The notes under the pieces are model-generated. The model had not been told where the DNA came from and searched no databases. It was given only the letters and a program-made list of their open reading frames with translations. A stretch of 64,000 bases of DNA from an uncultured Spirochaetaceae bacterium (GTDB taxonomy: Bacteria; Spirochaetota; Spirochaetia; SZUA-6; DRHE01): the NCBI GenBank assembly GCA_964390045.1, contig CAYMGP010000008.1, positions 2,726 to 66,725 of the forward strand, written 5' to 3'. Shown one piece after another: positions 29,912 through 40,864 of the stretch. The position numbers and the translations under genes were made by a program. The stretch's first letter is position 1. Each line of letters begins with the position of its first letter.

Positions 29912-32335
29912 CTACTCCCGCTTGTTGGATCCTTCGGCTCGAACCGGCGGTTCCAGCCCGTCGATCACATCGAGCAGCTCATAGATGAGAACCGGTCTGT
30001 TTTTTCCCTTCACCCGGATGTTGTCCAATTCCCGGGCAACGACCCTGTCCTGTACCAGTCCGTAGGTATACTCGCTGATGATGATGTTCGTAGCGTAGGC
30101 TTTGTTGGTGCCCTCGAGGCGGGCTCCCAGGTTGACATTGTCTCCCGTCAGTGTGTAGTCCATGCGTCCCAGCGAACCCATATTACCGACGAGCATAATG
30201 CCTGAGTTGATCCCGATCCCGATATTGAGCCTTCGCTCGGGAGGCCAGCTCTCGTTCAACCGCCGCAGCTCCTCCATCTGTCTCAGGGCGCACTTGCAGG
30301 AGAGCATGGCGTGATCGGCCTGAGGCAGGGGTGCACCCCAGAAGCACATAATCTCATCCCCCACGTACTTATCGAGAGTTCCCTCATACTCCATGATGAC
30401 ATCCGTCATGGCTGTCAGGTAGAGATTGAGGTGGTTGACCAACTCCTGTGGATTCATTGTCTCCGATAGGGTTGTGAAACCGCGAATGTCGGAAAAAAGC
30501 ACTGTCAGGTCCTTGTTCTGGCCGCCCAGCTCGGGGGGATTTTCAAGTATCTGGTCGACGACCCGGGGGCTTACGTATTTTCCGAACATATCGCGAATTC
30601 GCCTCTTGTCTTTCTCCTCCGTCATGATCCTATAAACGATGACCCCCAGGAAGGAGAGAAACACGCCGAGAATCGGCGTCGACAGGGTGATGATCCGATT
30701 ATAGAGATCGAAGATCAGGATCACCGCGAAAAAGAAAACAATGATCAAAACGATGGAGAGCACCAGCGACCAAACAGTGGGCAGCCGCGAGGCCAGGAAG
30801 GCGGTGAGCAAGGCCAGGGCCAGCAGTATGAGCGCATTCCCCCAGGGGGGAGTGTAGTACAGGAAGTTGCTCATGAGGATCGTATTGAGGGCGTTGGTAT
30901 GAATCTCCACCCCGAACATCAGGCCGAAAGGCGTGGTTTTTTCATCCTCGGCGATTCCCTTGGCAAAGGCACCGACCATGAGGATCTTGTTGCCCACAGC
31001 CATCGTACGAGGCCACCTTGCAGGATCCGGATTGGGCACTCTGGCCGCATAACCTGCGAATGAACGTACTGGAAAAGTTTGGTGTCCCTGAGGCGAAGAG
31101 CTGGAGGCGATACCCATGTAGTTGATCAGCAGCTGGCCTTTGTCGTTGATGGGGATCTTAATGTTGTCCACCACTTTTGTTTCAGCTTCCCGAATGATCG
31201 TTCCCTCTTCATCCAAAACGGCCGGTTTGATCACCAGCTCGTATGGCTGCCAGCTCTCGGTTTCCGTGTTGAATTGCTGGGGTGAGGGTATCAACACATG
31301 TTTTCCCAACACGATCTCGATATCGGAAAGGTTCTTGTTGAAGTACTCCAAAGCGAGCGTCAGGGTGATGGATGGAAGCAGGGAGTCCCTATATTTACGA
31401 ACCACGTGATAGAACAAATCCGGTGTCTTATCATTGTCCGTATCCACCGCCTTGAGCGGAGCGCTCTTCTCCATCGATTTCTTTAGACTTTCGATCACCT
31501 GTTCGGTAAGCGGGGTGGGAACGTCGTGGAAGACCTCATCCTTACCGATCCAGACCAGACGGGTGAAGCTGCTCGTTTCCTCTTCGCTGAGGCTGTCAGG
31601 AGTGAGCTGGTCAAGGGGTATTTCCTCGACGAACGCTGCCGATTTCACGATCATAGGCTGCCTTCTGTACACCTGATCGTCATCTTCGAGGAAATTTGGG
31701 TGTCCGTATCCATGCGCAGCGCGTACGTACGGTTTCAAAGGCGGGAAGATTCCGTACAGGGTTTCCAATTGTGTCCAGTCACCCTCCACGCGGTTGATCT
31801 TGCCGTAGCGCTGGTACAGTATTTCCTGGCGCCCGAAATATTCCTGTTCGGTTCCCTGAGGGTTGGGCACCCGGGTCAAAAACGGCTCGAGAATAATCCT
31901 GCCGTTCTCCGCGATGGACTGAACTAGGGCGGAGTCATGCTCCGGCTCCGAAGGTTCTATGAAGGTAACATCGAGAAATATCGCTCGTTCCCTCTCATTC
32001 TGATTTTTTATCTTCGTGAAGGTGTTTATCAAATTGGCCTGCGTATAACGGGGAAAGGGCCATCGGCCGAAGGTATCCAAGCTCTTGTCGTCTATACCGA
32101 TGATCAGGATATCCGGGGAAATCTTGGGGTTACGTTGTTCGAGGGTCACCCCTTCCTGGATCCGCGTTCTTCTGGAGACGTTCTTCCAGCGAAAGTTTAA
32201 ATCTAAAACATTGAGCTCCAGATTGCGAATAAGCACCGTTTGGGTGGAGAGTAACAGCAGCACGGCGAATACAACGACACCGATAACCAAGCCGAAATAT
32301 CTTGTCTCAAAGAATTTCGAGCTTTTTTTTGCCAC
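29912..32335 (-). CDS. CHASE2-sensor class III adenylate/guanylate cyclase
   Basis: Periplasmic CHASE2-like N-terminal domain, ~3 TM helices, then cyclase homology domain (VLFSDIRGFTTLSE...YVGDEIMCFWGAP...GIGINSGIMLVGNMGS). Confidence 0.8.
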   Translation of the reverse strand: MAKKSSKFFETRYFGLVIGVVVFAVLLLLSTQTVLIRNLELNVLDLNFRWKNVSRRTRIQEGVTLEQRNPKISPDILIIGIDDKSLDTFGRWPFPRYTQANLINTFTKIKNQNERERAIFLDVTFIEPSEPEHDSALVQSIAENGRIILEPFLTRVPNPQGTEQEYFGRQEILYQRYGKINRVEGDWTQLETLYGIFPPLKPYVRAAHGYGHPNFLEDDDQVYRRQPMIVKSAAFVEEIPLDQLTPDSLSEEETSSFTRLVWIGKDEVFHDVPTPLTEQVIESLKKSMEKSAPLKAVDTDNDKTPDLFYHVVRKYRDSLLPSITLTLALEYFNKNLSDIEIVLGKHVLIPSPQQFNTETESWQPYELVIKPAVLDEEGTIIREAETKVVDNIKIPINDKGQLLINYMGIASSSSPQGHQTFPVRSFAGYAARVPNPDPARWPRTMAVGNKILMVGAFAKGIAEDEKTTPFGLMFGVEIHTNALNTILMSNFLYYTPPWGNALILLALALLTAFLASRLPTVWSLVLSIVLIIVFFFAVILIFDLYNRIITLSTPILGVFLSFLGVIVYRIMTEEKDKRRIRDMFGKYVSPRVVDQILENPPELGGQNKDLTVLFSDIRGFTTLSETMNPQELVNHLNLYLTAMTDVIMEYEGTLDKYVGDEIMCFWGAPLPQADHAMLSCKCALRQMEELRRLNESWPPERRLNIGIGINSGIMLVGNMGSLGRMDYTLTGDNVNLGARLEGTNKAYATNIIISEYTYGLVQDRVVARELDNIRVKGKNRPVLIYELLDVIDGLEPPVRAEGSNKRE

Positions 32336-32357
32336 GGAACACCTCCTATCGATACCC

Positions 32358-33074
32358 TTACTGGGCGATTTTACCCTGTACTTTGAGATCGATTATACGA
32401 TTTCGCCCTGCCTTTGTCCAATTACTCAGCGGGTAGTCATCCTCGAGTTGGTTGTACACCTCGAACGCTTCTTCAAACGCCTCATTCAGCTCATGGAGCC
32501 GCCCCAGCGAGAAAAGCGCATGGGGAACCAAGAAGCTTTGCTTGTGTTCTTCCACGATTCTCCGGTACGAAGTGACAGCGCTTTCGATATCATCCAACTG
32601 CTCGTAGCTCACACCGGCGTTGTACAGGCTAAGAGGCGAGAGATACGATTTGGGAAAGGAGTCCGCCAACGCCGTGTAGCTCTCGGCCGCCTGCTGCCAC
32701 TCCTCCTTCTCATACGCCACGTTTGCCTGGATAAAAAACGCTCTCTGAGCTGCGTACCGCCTGGGATACTTGGAGATGATCAGCTCTACGATCCTGTTCA
32801 ACTCCTGCTCGGATGAAGCTTTCCCCTCCCCTTCACTCGCGCCCTGCCACTGCGCGTACAACTCCTGGGCTCGTTCGGCCAGGGAAGCCGAGCGCTCCCT
32901 GCTTCGCTTGTTCCACTCCGTCCAACCAAAATAGCCTACCAAAAATACAACCAGGGCTATCAATAGAACCAGCAGAACGGTCCTGTATTTATGAAGAAAT
33001 GCGGCGAGCCTGTCTATAAATCGAGGCTTGCCTTCGTCTCGATGAGATTTACTATCGATGCCGGCACTCAACAT
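32358..33074 (-). CDS. Membrane-anchored TPR-repeat protein
   Basis: One N-terminal TM helix and ~3 TPR units. Confidence 0.55.
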   Translation of the reverse strand: MLSAGIDSKSHRDEGKPRFIDRLAAFLHKYRTVLLVLLIALVVFLVGYFGWTEWNKRSRERSASLAERAQELYAQWQGASEGEGKASSEQELNRIVELIISKYPRRYAAQRAFFIQANVAYEKEEWQQAAESYTALADSFPKSYLSPLSLYNAGVSYEQLDDIESAVTSYRRIVEEHKQSFLVPHALFSLGRLHELNEAFEEAFEVYNQLEDDYPLSNWTKAGRNRIIDLKVQGKIAQ

Positions 33075-33147
33075 TCTTTACTCCTTCTATCGGTACAACC
33101 AGCATTCGATCGGGGTTGAGGAATCCCGATCGCCGCTCGAGCGGCAT

Positions 33148-34656
33148 TCAGCGGTTGATACCCAGCTCTTTTATCAATCTGGAAAGGTATGTACGCTGGA
33201 TTCCCAGCAATTTCGACGTTTTCGTCTGGTTCCACCTGTTCATTTCGAGAACTTGGCGGATGTAGTGTTTTTTAAAGGTATTGACGGCTTCTTTCAAAGA
33301 CCTGCCATTGGATTCATCGTCCAGGCTGCCTGAGATTTTGTCGAGCGCGAAAACATCCGCTGTGACGGTATCCGACTTGGCAATCACAACGGCTCGTTCC
33401 ACGGCGTTCTCCAGCTCGCGCACGTTTCCGGGCCAGGAATAGGACAGCAGCACCTCCATGGCCTCGGGCGCGATCGCTCTGATCTGCTTTTTCGTCTCCC
33501 GATTGAAACGCTTGAGGAAGAAATCAGCAAGCGGTGGGATATCGTCTCTTCTCTCATGAAGCGGCGGAATGTAGATCGGAAGCACGTTCAACCTGTAGTA
33601 GAGGTCCGCTCTGAACCTGCCGCTCTCCACCTCCTTCTCGATATCCTTGTTGGTAGCGGCGATAATGCGCACATCGACCTTGATAAGCTCAGTGCCCCCT
33701 ACCCTCTCGAAGCTCTTGTGTTGGATTACCCGCAGCAGCTTGGCCTGTAGATTCAGAGGTAGATCTCCTATTTCATCGAGGAAGATCGTTCCTCCGTCGG
33801 CCAGCTCGAATCTTCCTCTGCGGTCGTTGATGGCACCTGTGAAGGCGCCCTTCACGTGACCGAAAAGCTCGCTTTCCAACAGGTTTTCCGGCAGGGCGGC
33901 GCAGTTTACCCGAATCAAAGGGTTGTTGCTCCTTGAGCCGTGCAGGTGGATCTGTTCGGCGAACAGCTCCTTGCCTACTCCGCTTTCCCCCAACAACAGA
34001 ACCGAGGAATCCGTCTGCGCAGCCCGCCGGGTGATATCCAGCTTCTCTTTTATGATTTTGCTTTCACCGATGAAGGTATGATACCCCTTGTCCGTCTGGA
34101 TTTCGTCCTGCAGAAGAGTGACCTCGTCCTGAACCTTTTGGAAGGAGCGTGCATTCTGAATCGCGATCGCGGCCTGGGTGGCGAAAATCTCGAGCCATTG
34201 CAGATCGTTGTCGCTGAAAATGCCGCCGTCTCGCTTGTTGATGATCTCGATGACCCCAACACAGCGCTCCTTTACCCGCATCGGTACGGCAAGAATGGAT
34301 TTTGTAGGAAAATTGATCTTTTTGCTGATGTCTGAGTAGAAGCGGCTGTCCGAATCCACGTCGTTGACAACCAGGGATGTATTGTTTGCCGCCACCCAGC
34401 CGGCAATCCCTTCACCCATGTTTAGAGAAAAACGCTGCACCTCCGGACCTTTTGTGCCCAAGGCGATTTCGAAATACAGCTTGTTGTTCTCCGGATTGAC
34501 GAGGATGAGGGAGGAAGCTTCCCCTTCCATCAGACGTGTGGATGACTCGATAATTTTCCTGAGCAGCTCTTTGCCGTCCGAATAGTTGGAATTGATGAGG
34601 GCATTGATTTCTATCAGAGTCTCAAATCTATTGTGGTCGATTTCAGATTTCAGCAT
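33148..34656 (-). CDS. GAF-domain sigma-54-dependent transcriptional activator (Fis-type HTH)
   Basis: N-terminal GAF-like region; AAA+ sigma54-interaction domain (GESGVGKE, ESELFGH, GAFTGA); C-terminal HTH QTKTSKLLGIQRTYLSRLIKELGI. Confidence 0.85.
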   Translation of the reverse strand: MLKSEIDHNRFETLIEINALINSNYSDGKELLRKIIESSTRLMEGEASSLILVNPENNKLYFEIALGTKGPEVQRFSLNMGEGIAGWVAANNTSLVVNDVDSDSRFYSDISKKINFPTKSILAVPMRVKERCVGVIEIINKRDGGIFSDNDLQWLEIFATQAAIAIQNARSFQKVQDEVTLLQDEIQTDKGYHTFIGESKIIKEKLDITRRAAQTDSSVLLLGESGVGKELFAEQIHLHGSRSNNPLIRVNCAALPENLLESELFGHVKGAFTGAINDRRGRFELADGGTIFLDEIGDLPLNLQAKLLRVIQHKSFERVGGTELIKVDVRIIAATNKDIEKEVESGRFRADLYYRLNVLPIYIPPLHERRDDIPPLADFFLKRFNRETKKQIRAIAPEAMEVLLSYSWPGNVRELENAVERAVVIAKSDTVTADVFALDKISGSLDDESNGRSLKEAVNTFKKHYIRQVLEMNRWNQTKTSKLLGIQRTYLSRLIKELGINR

Positions 34657-34675
34657 GGGCCGGTGACGCCCCTGG

Positions 34676-36376
34676 TCAACCCTTGTTCTTGTCTTTGATA
34701 ATATCTGCTAAGGTCGTTTTTTCCTCCACAGAATCGTCGTGGATGTATTGGACCATCGTCTCCTGCTGCACACGCCTCGTGTATTCTCTTATCGACAGGG
34801 CGAGCTTCTGCCTGTCCGGATTCACATCTGTAACGATAGCTTTTATCGTGTCGCCGACCTTGCACCGTTCCAGAGCATCCTCGAGGGTCTCCGTGCTTGG
34901 ATCGAATAGATTTGATTTATTCACCAGGCCTTCGATATCACCCTGAACTTTTACAAAAAAGCCGAAGTCTGTGATGCTGGTAATCTGTCCCTCGATCGTA
35001 CTGCCCCGTGGAAAGGCCTTGGCCAGGGACTTCCAGGGATCCTCTGTGAGCTGTTTTACACCGAGCTTGATTCTCTGGTTTTCCTTGTCCAAATCTATCA
35101 CGATGACCTCGGTCTCTTCACCCTCTTTGTAGAGCGCCGAGGGGTGTTTTGGTCTCTTCGTCCAGGACATGTCATCGAGATGAAGCAAGCCGTCAATGCC
35201 CTCTTCTATCTCGAGAAACACACCGAAGTTTGTCATGTTTTTCACAACGCGCTTGAGGCGCATGCCCACAGGGTAACGCTTGTCGATGTCGTCCCAGGGA
35301 TTGGGAAGGACCTGTTTCAATCCCAGAGAGAGTTTTCCCTGCTGGATGTCATAAGAAAGGATCTTTGTCTCAACGATGTCATTGACCTGAAGTAGTTCTT
35401 TGGGATGTCTGATTTTTTTTACCCAAGAAAGCTCCGAAATGTGAGCCAGGCCTTCGATTCCCTCTTCGATCTCAATAAAAGCACCGAAATCTGTCAATTT
35501 TGTGACTTTTCCCTTGACTACGTCTCCGATCTCGTAGCTGTCTTCAAAATGCGTCCAGGGATCCTCCGAGAAATGCTTCAAGCTCAAATTTATCTTTTTC
35601 TCTTCAGGATCTAAACGAATTACCTTTACCTGTATTGTATCTCCGAGGGACACAATCTCTTTGGGAGAGTTGATGTGGCCCCAGCTCATATCATTGATAT
35701 GAAGCAGCCCGTCAAATCCGCCCAGGTCGACAAAGGCGCCGAAAGAGGTAAAAGTCTTCACGATTCCCTCGACCTCGTCGCCGATCGCTGTGTTTTCGAA
35801 AAACTCGTCCCGCTTCTTGCCGTGTTCGTCCCCGAGCCAGTCCCGCCTGTTCACCACGATATTGACCTTGCTGTGATGATAGAGCCGCTCTATGTAGAAA
35901 AATGTCTCGAACCCCACATATTCCGAAGGATCTGTAACTCTGGGAATATCCGTCTTGGAAAGGGGCAGAAAAGCAGTGACGCCATTACCCAAATCGACCT
36001 CGAACCCTCCCTTGATCCGCTTCGCTATGGTGCCGGGTATTGCTTCATGCTGATCGAAGGCGATGCGCAGATTTTTCCAAAAGATTTTTTCATCTGCTTT
36101 TTTCTTGGATACCACAACTTCTCCACGCCGGCTTTCCTTGCTGAGAAGAATAACATAGGCGGTATCGCCGATGGCAGGAGCCTCGCTGAACTCATCTATC
36201 GGGATCTTTCCTTCGGATTTCAAACCGACGTCTACGTAGACAAAATCTTCATCGACTTCCACGATCTGCCCAGGCAGCATTTGACCTTCGGCAACTTGGG
36301 CAAGGGATTGTATATATTGTTCCTGCAGGCGCTGCTCGTTGAATTTATCAACATTGTTTGTTTGTTCAGAGTTCAT
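34676..36376 (-). CDS. rpsA: 30S ribosomal protein S1
   Basis: Six S1 domains (repeated GxV.G.V..I..FGAFV patterns); 566 aa. Confidence 0.85.
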   Translation of the reverse strand: MNSEQTNNVDKFNEQRLQEQYIQSLAQVAEGQMLPGQIVEVDEDFVYVDVGLKSEGKIPIDEFSEAPAIGDTAYVILLSKESRRGEVVVSKKKADEKIFWKNLRIAFDQHEAIPGTIAKRIKGGFEVDLGNGVTAFLPLSKTDIPRVTDPSEYVGFETFFYIERLYHHSKVNIVVNRRDWLGDEHGKKRDEFFENTAIGDEVEGIVKTFTSFGAFVDLGGFDGLLHINDMSWGHINSPKEIVSLGDTIQVKVIRLDPEEKKINLSLKHFSEDPWTHFEDSYEIGDVVKGKVTKLTDFGAFIEIEEGIEGLAHISELSWVKKIRHPKELLQVNDIVETKILSYDIQQGKLSLGLKQVLPNPWDDIDKRYPVGMRLKRVVKNMTNFGVFLEIEEGIDGLLHLDDMSWTKRPKHPSALYKEGEETEVIVIDLDKENQRIKLGVKQLTEDPWKSLAKAFPRGSTIEGQITSITDFGFFVKVQGDIEGLVNKSNLFDPSTETLEDALERCKVGDTIKAIVTDVNPDRQKLALSIREYTRRVQQETMVQYIHDDSVEEKTTLADIIKDKNKG

Positions 36377-37037
36377 TGCCCGAATTCAACTCCCGATTGA
36401 TGTTTCTTGATTTGAGGATTTCCCGTGTTACTCTCTCACAAACTTCCTCTATGGTCAAGTCCGATGTATCTATATAGACAGCATCTTGGGCTTTCTCCAA
36501 CCTGCCGAAGGGCTTGCTTCTGTCTATGGTATCCCGTCGATCGATCTCGGATAGGACCTGCTGTTCATTCAAATCACTCAAGCCCTGCCTGTGTCTGCGC
36601 TGCGCTCGAGCCTCGATCGATGCGTCGAGGAAGATCTTTACATCTGCATCGGGAAACACCACGGTCCCAATGTCCCTACCCATAATCACCATATCCCGCC
36701 CCGCCTCCAGGCCTCGAAGCTGTCTGTTAACGAGCTTACGAATCTCAACGATGCGGGAATGGATCGCCGACCAGTTGTCGATTTCATCCGTCTGGATGCC
36801 CTCTACAGGCTTTCCATTCAGAAATAGCTCATTTCCCTCGAGCGAGAAATCACAAAGGGAAGCGATTTCCACTGCCAGAGAGTGATCCCGATGATCTCCC
36901 GTGGAAGCCAGGATTTCCTTCGAAATCGCCCTGTACAGAGAGCCGGAGTTCAGGTATACAAAACCATTGATTTCTGCCACCCGCTTGCCTATCGTACTCT
37001 TCCCGGAGCCCGCCGGCCCGTCAACTGCCACTACCAT
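36366..37037 (-). CDS. cmk: Cytidylate kinase
   Basis: VVAVDGPAGSGKST P-loop typical of CMK; 11-nt overlap with rpsA. Confidence 0.85.
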   Translation of the reverse strand: MVVAVDGPAGSGKSTIGKRVAEINGFVYLNSGSLYRAISKEILASTGDHRDHSLAVEIASLCDFSLEGNELFLNGKPVEGIQTDEIDNWSAIHSRIVEIRKLVNRQLRGLEAGRDMVIMGRDIGTVVFPDADVKIFLDASIEARAQRRHRQGLSDLNEQQVLSEIDRRDTIDRSKPFGRLEKAQDAVYIDTSDLTIEEVCERVTREILKSRNINRELNSGNEL

Positions 37038-37039
37038 CT

Positions 37040-37783
37040 TCAGCCTTTTTTCCCTCTATCGAGGAACCAGGATACCTCCTTGCGGCTCAGGCTTCTATAG
37101 CCTCCCGCGGGTATCCCATGGCTGCGCACACAACCGATACGAATCCTGTGCACTGTCAGTAATTTGATACGGAAATGTTCAAAAACCCTGCGTATTTCCT
37201 TGTTCTTCCCCTCGATCAATGTTAAAACGACCTTTCTCGGAGTCTTATAGACATATCGCTTCAGTCGATAACGCTGTCCCGCGATATCCAAGCCCCGTCG
37301 ATATTCCTTAAGGCATTGTTCCTGAATGTTGTCGCCGGCTTCGATCAGATACTCCTTCTCGATCTCCGAAGAAGGGTGAGTAACTATTTTGGCGAATCGA
37401 CCGTCGTTTGTGTAAAAGATGAGTCCGCTGGAATGAAAGTCGAGCCTGCCAACGTGATAGATGCGAACCGGGATATCGTCGAGCAGATCGAGAACAAGCG
37501 GCCGTCCCCGGCTGTCGCTGTTTGCACAGAGGGTTGCCCGGGGCTTGTTGACGACAAGATAAACCACCGCTGTTTGCGGTCGCAGAAGGCGCCTGTCCAG
37601 GGTTACCCTGTCATCCATGGAAACCTTGCTGCCGATAACGGCGATTTTACCGTTTACCGCGACCCTACCCTCGAGTATTTTCTGCTCGCAGTATCTTCTC
37701 GATCCAACACCGCAGCCGGCCATATACACTTGAAGTCGAACCTGCTTATTCACCGACTTCAAATCTCTCTTTGTCCGAATCAT
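37040..37783 (-). CDS. Pseudouridine synthase, RsuA/RluB family
   Basis: S4-like N-terminus (QVYMAGCGVGSRRYCEQKILEGRVAVNG) and catalytic HVGRLDFHSSGL motif. Confidence 0.75.
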   Translation of the reverse strand: MIRTKRDLKSVNKQVRLQVYMAGCGVGSRRYCEQKILEGRVAVNGKIAVIGSKVSMDDRVTLDRRLLRPQTAVVYLVVNKPRATLCANSDSRGRPLVLDLLDDIPVRIYHVGRLDFHSSGLIFYTNDGRFAKIVTHPSSEIEKEYLIEAGDNIQEQCLKEYRRGLDIAGQRYRLKRYVYKTPRKVVLTLIEGKNKEIRRVFEHFRIKLLTVHRIRIGCVRSHGIPAGGYRSLSRKEVSWFLDRGKKG

Positions 37784-38327
37784 CCATCTTGGGTAGATCC
37801 GCGATACTGGCCAGACGGAACATTTTCAGGAACGCTTTCGTAGTCCCGTACTGGATTGGCTTACCCACCGTATCTTTCCTGCCCACCTCTTTGATTATAT
37901 CCTTGCTCAACAGCAGCCTGATCATTGCGTCGGCGGAAACTCCGCGGATACTTTCGATTTCCTGCCTGGTCACCGGCTGCGAATAAGCTATAATCGACAG
38001 TGTCTCGAGGGCGGCTCTGGATAACCTCTCTTCGTTCCTCCTGCCATAGCGCGGCTTGAGCCGTTCCCAAAGCGCTTGTTTCGGCACAAAGGTATATCCA
38101 CCACCCAGCTCATTTAGCTCTACCCCGTGCTGTGAATCGGAATAGATCCGCTTTATCCTTTCTAAGGCATCGAGAACCGCGCTGTGGGGAAGACCGGTGA
38201 TTCGCTTCAACGTGGATATATCCACAGGTTCGTTCTCCAGGAACAGAACGGCCTCTACAAGTCCAACAGCCTGCTCAGCTTCCATCATTACCCTTTGTCT
38301 CTCGTTTCTTGATGAGTATGTCGCCAA
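37746..38327 (-). CDS. scpB: Segregation and condensation protein B
   Basis: VEAVLFLENEPVDISTLKRITG winged-helix N-terminus typical of ScpB. Confidence 0.8.
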   Translation of the reverse strand: MATYSSRNERQRVMMEAEQAVGLVEAVLFLENEPVDISTLKRITGLPHSAVLDALERIKRIYSDSQHGVELNELGGGYTFVPKQALWERLKPRYGRRNEERLSRAALETLSIIAYSQPVTRQEIESIRGVSADAMIRLLLSKDIIKEVGRKDTVGKPIQYGTTKAFLKMFRLASIADLPKMDDSDKERFEVGE

Positions 38328-39021
38328 AAAGCTTGTTCTGATAGATGTGTATCACCGCCGTTTTCACAAGCTCCAGCAACGCTAGAAAGGCGCAAATCAC
38401 TTCCATGATCGAATTCTTTTTCACGAGAAGATCTGTAAACATGAACTCTCCACCGTTTTCCAGCAGCTCGTAGATAAAGGTGATTTTCTCGTTGACCGTC
38501 ACTTCTTCGTACATATCGATGATCCGCTCCGAGGACAGGGATGACAACATGGTGGAGAAAGTCCTCAGCAGATCCCAGACAGATATTTGTTCCCAGATTT
38601 CCTCATCGGCAAAGGGCAGTCTCGGTTGGTTGTGCCGGCGATCGATCGACCACTCGGACGCCTGGCCCTGTTCTTCGATCAGTTCACTGAGCTTTTTGTA
38701 CTTCTGATATTCTATCAGTTTCTCCACCAGATCCTTACGGGGGTCCTCGAACTCGTCCTCCATGTTGACCTCAACAGGGAGGAGCATCCGCGATTTTATA
38801 AAAAGCAGCGTCGCCGCCATCAGGTAGAACTCTGTTATATTCTCGAGATCGATCTTGGTGGCGTAGTTCAAATACTCAAGATATTGCTCGGTAATGGTCG
38901 ATATCGGGATGTCATAGATATTTATTTCCGACTTCCGGATTAGAAAGAGAAGCAGATCGAGGGGACCTTCGAAATTGTCCAGCTTGAACTTTTGTTTGTC
39001 CGATTGAGACTTTGCACCCAT
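38275..39021 (-). CDS. scpA: Segregation and condensation protein A
   Basis: FEGPLDLLLFLIRKSEINIYDIPISTITEQYLEYL is the kleisin ScpA N-terminal motif. Confidence 0.8.
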   Translation of the reverse strand: MGAKSQSDKQKFKLDNFEGPLDLLLFLIRKSEINIYDIPISTITEQYLEYLNYATKIDLENITEFYLMAATLLFIKSRMLLPVEVNMEDEFEDPRKDLVEKLIEYQKYKKLSELIEEQGQASEWSIDRRHNQPRLPFADEEIWEQISVWDLLRTFSTMLSSLSSERIIDMYEEVTVNEKITFIYELLENGGEFMFTDLLVKKNSIMEVICAFLALLELVKTAVIHIYQNKLFGDILIKKRETKGNDGS

Positions 39022-39048
39022 GTATTTACGATTGCCCAGAGTATATTC

Positions 39049-39555
39049 TCAACTCGAGAAGATGTAAACGCCCTGGTCTTCGATACTTTGCAGTGCGTGC
39101 AGAAGCGGACGCCCGGTTTTCGGATTTTTCAGAGCTTCGTCGAGCTCCAGCAGTGGTATGAGCACGAACTGGCGTTCCTTCATCAGCGGATGAGGAATCA
39201 CCAGATCCTCTTCGTCTATAATACGCTGCCCGTAGAGAAGGATATCGATATCGATGATACGGGGTCCCTTGGGAATGCCGGCATGTCGATTCCGTCCCAT
39301 CCGCACTTCGATTTCGAGAACCGCAACAAGCAGCTCTCTGGGACTGAGATCACATTCACCCGAAACCACCATGTTGAGAAAAGGCGGCTGATCGAGCACG
39401 TACAGAGGCTTCGTCTCGTAGATAGAGGAGCTGCGCTGGGAGGATAGAGTTTCGGCAAGATAGGAAACGGCGCGCACAAGCTGCTCCTGCCGATTTCCCA
39501 GATTGCTACCCAGAGAGAGATAGATCCTTTCGCTGCCGGCGTGTTCCGGGCTCAC
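39049..39555 (-). CDS. folK: 2-amino-4-hydroxy-6-hydroxymethyldihydropteridine diphosphokinase (HPPK)
   Basis: IYLSLGSNLGNRQEQL N-terminal HPPK motif; ~160 aa. Confidence 0.8.
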   Translation of the reverse strand: MSPEHAGSERIYLSLGSNLGNRQEQLVRAVSYLAETLSSQRSSSIYETKPLYVLDQPPFLNMVVSGECDLSPRELLVAVLEIEVRMGRNRHAGIPKGPRIIDIDILLYGQRIIDEEDLVIPHPLMKERQFVLIPLLELDEALKNPKTGRPLLHALQSIEDQGVYIFSS

Positions 39556-39628
39556 TGCCGTCGGACCGCTGTCAGCCGAAGAGAGAATGCCTCTGTATGC
39601 CGAATCATCCGCACGATCCCTGCGCCGG

Positions 39629-40738
<1,110 letters not shown>

Positions 40739-40864
40739 GAGCGCGTTTCCTTTTTCTCTTTTAATGAATTACAACGGGCTTTATCGGCCTCACACTTCTA
40801 ATCTTTTTAATAATATCCCGGTCACCTACCCTGGTCAACCCACCGCCGAACCGTACCGATACTG

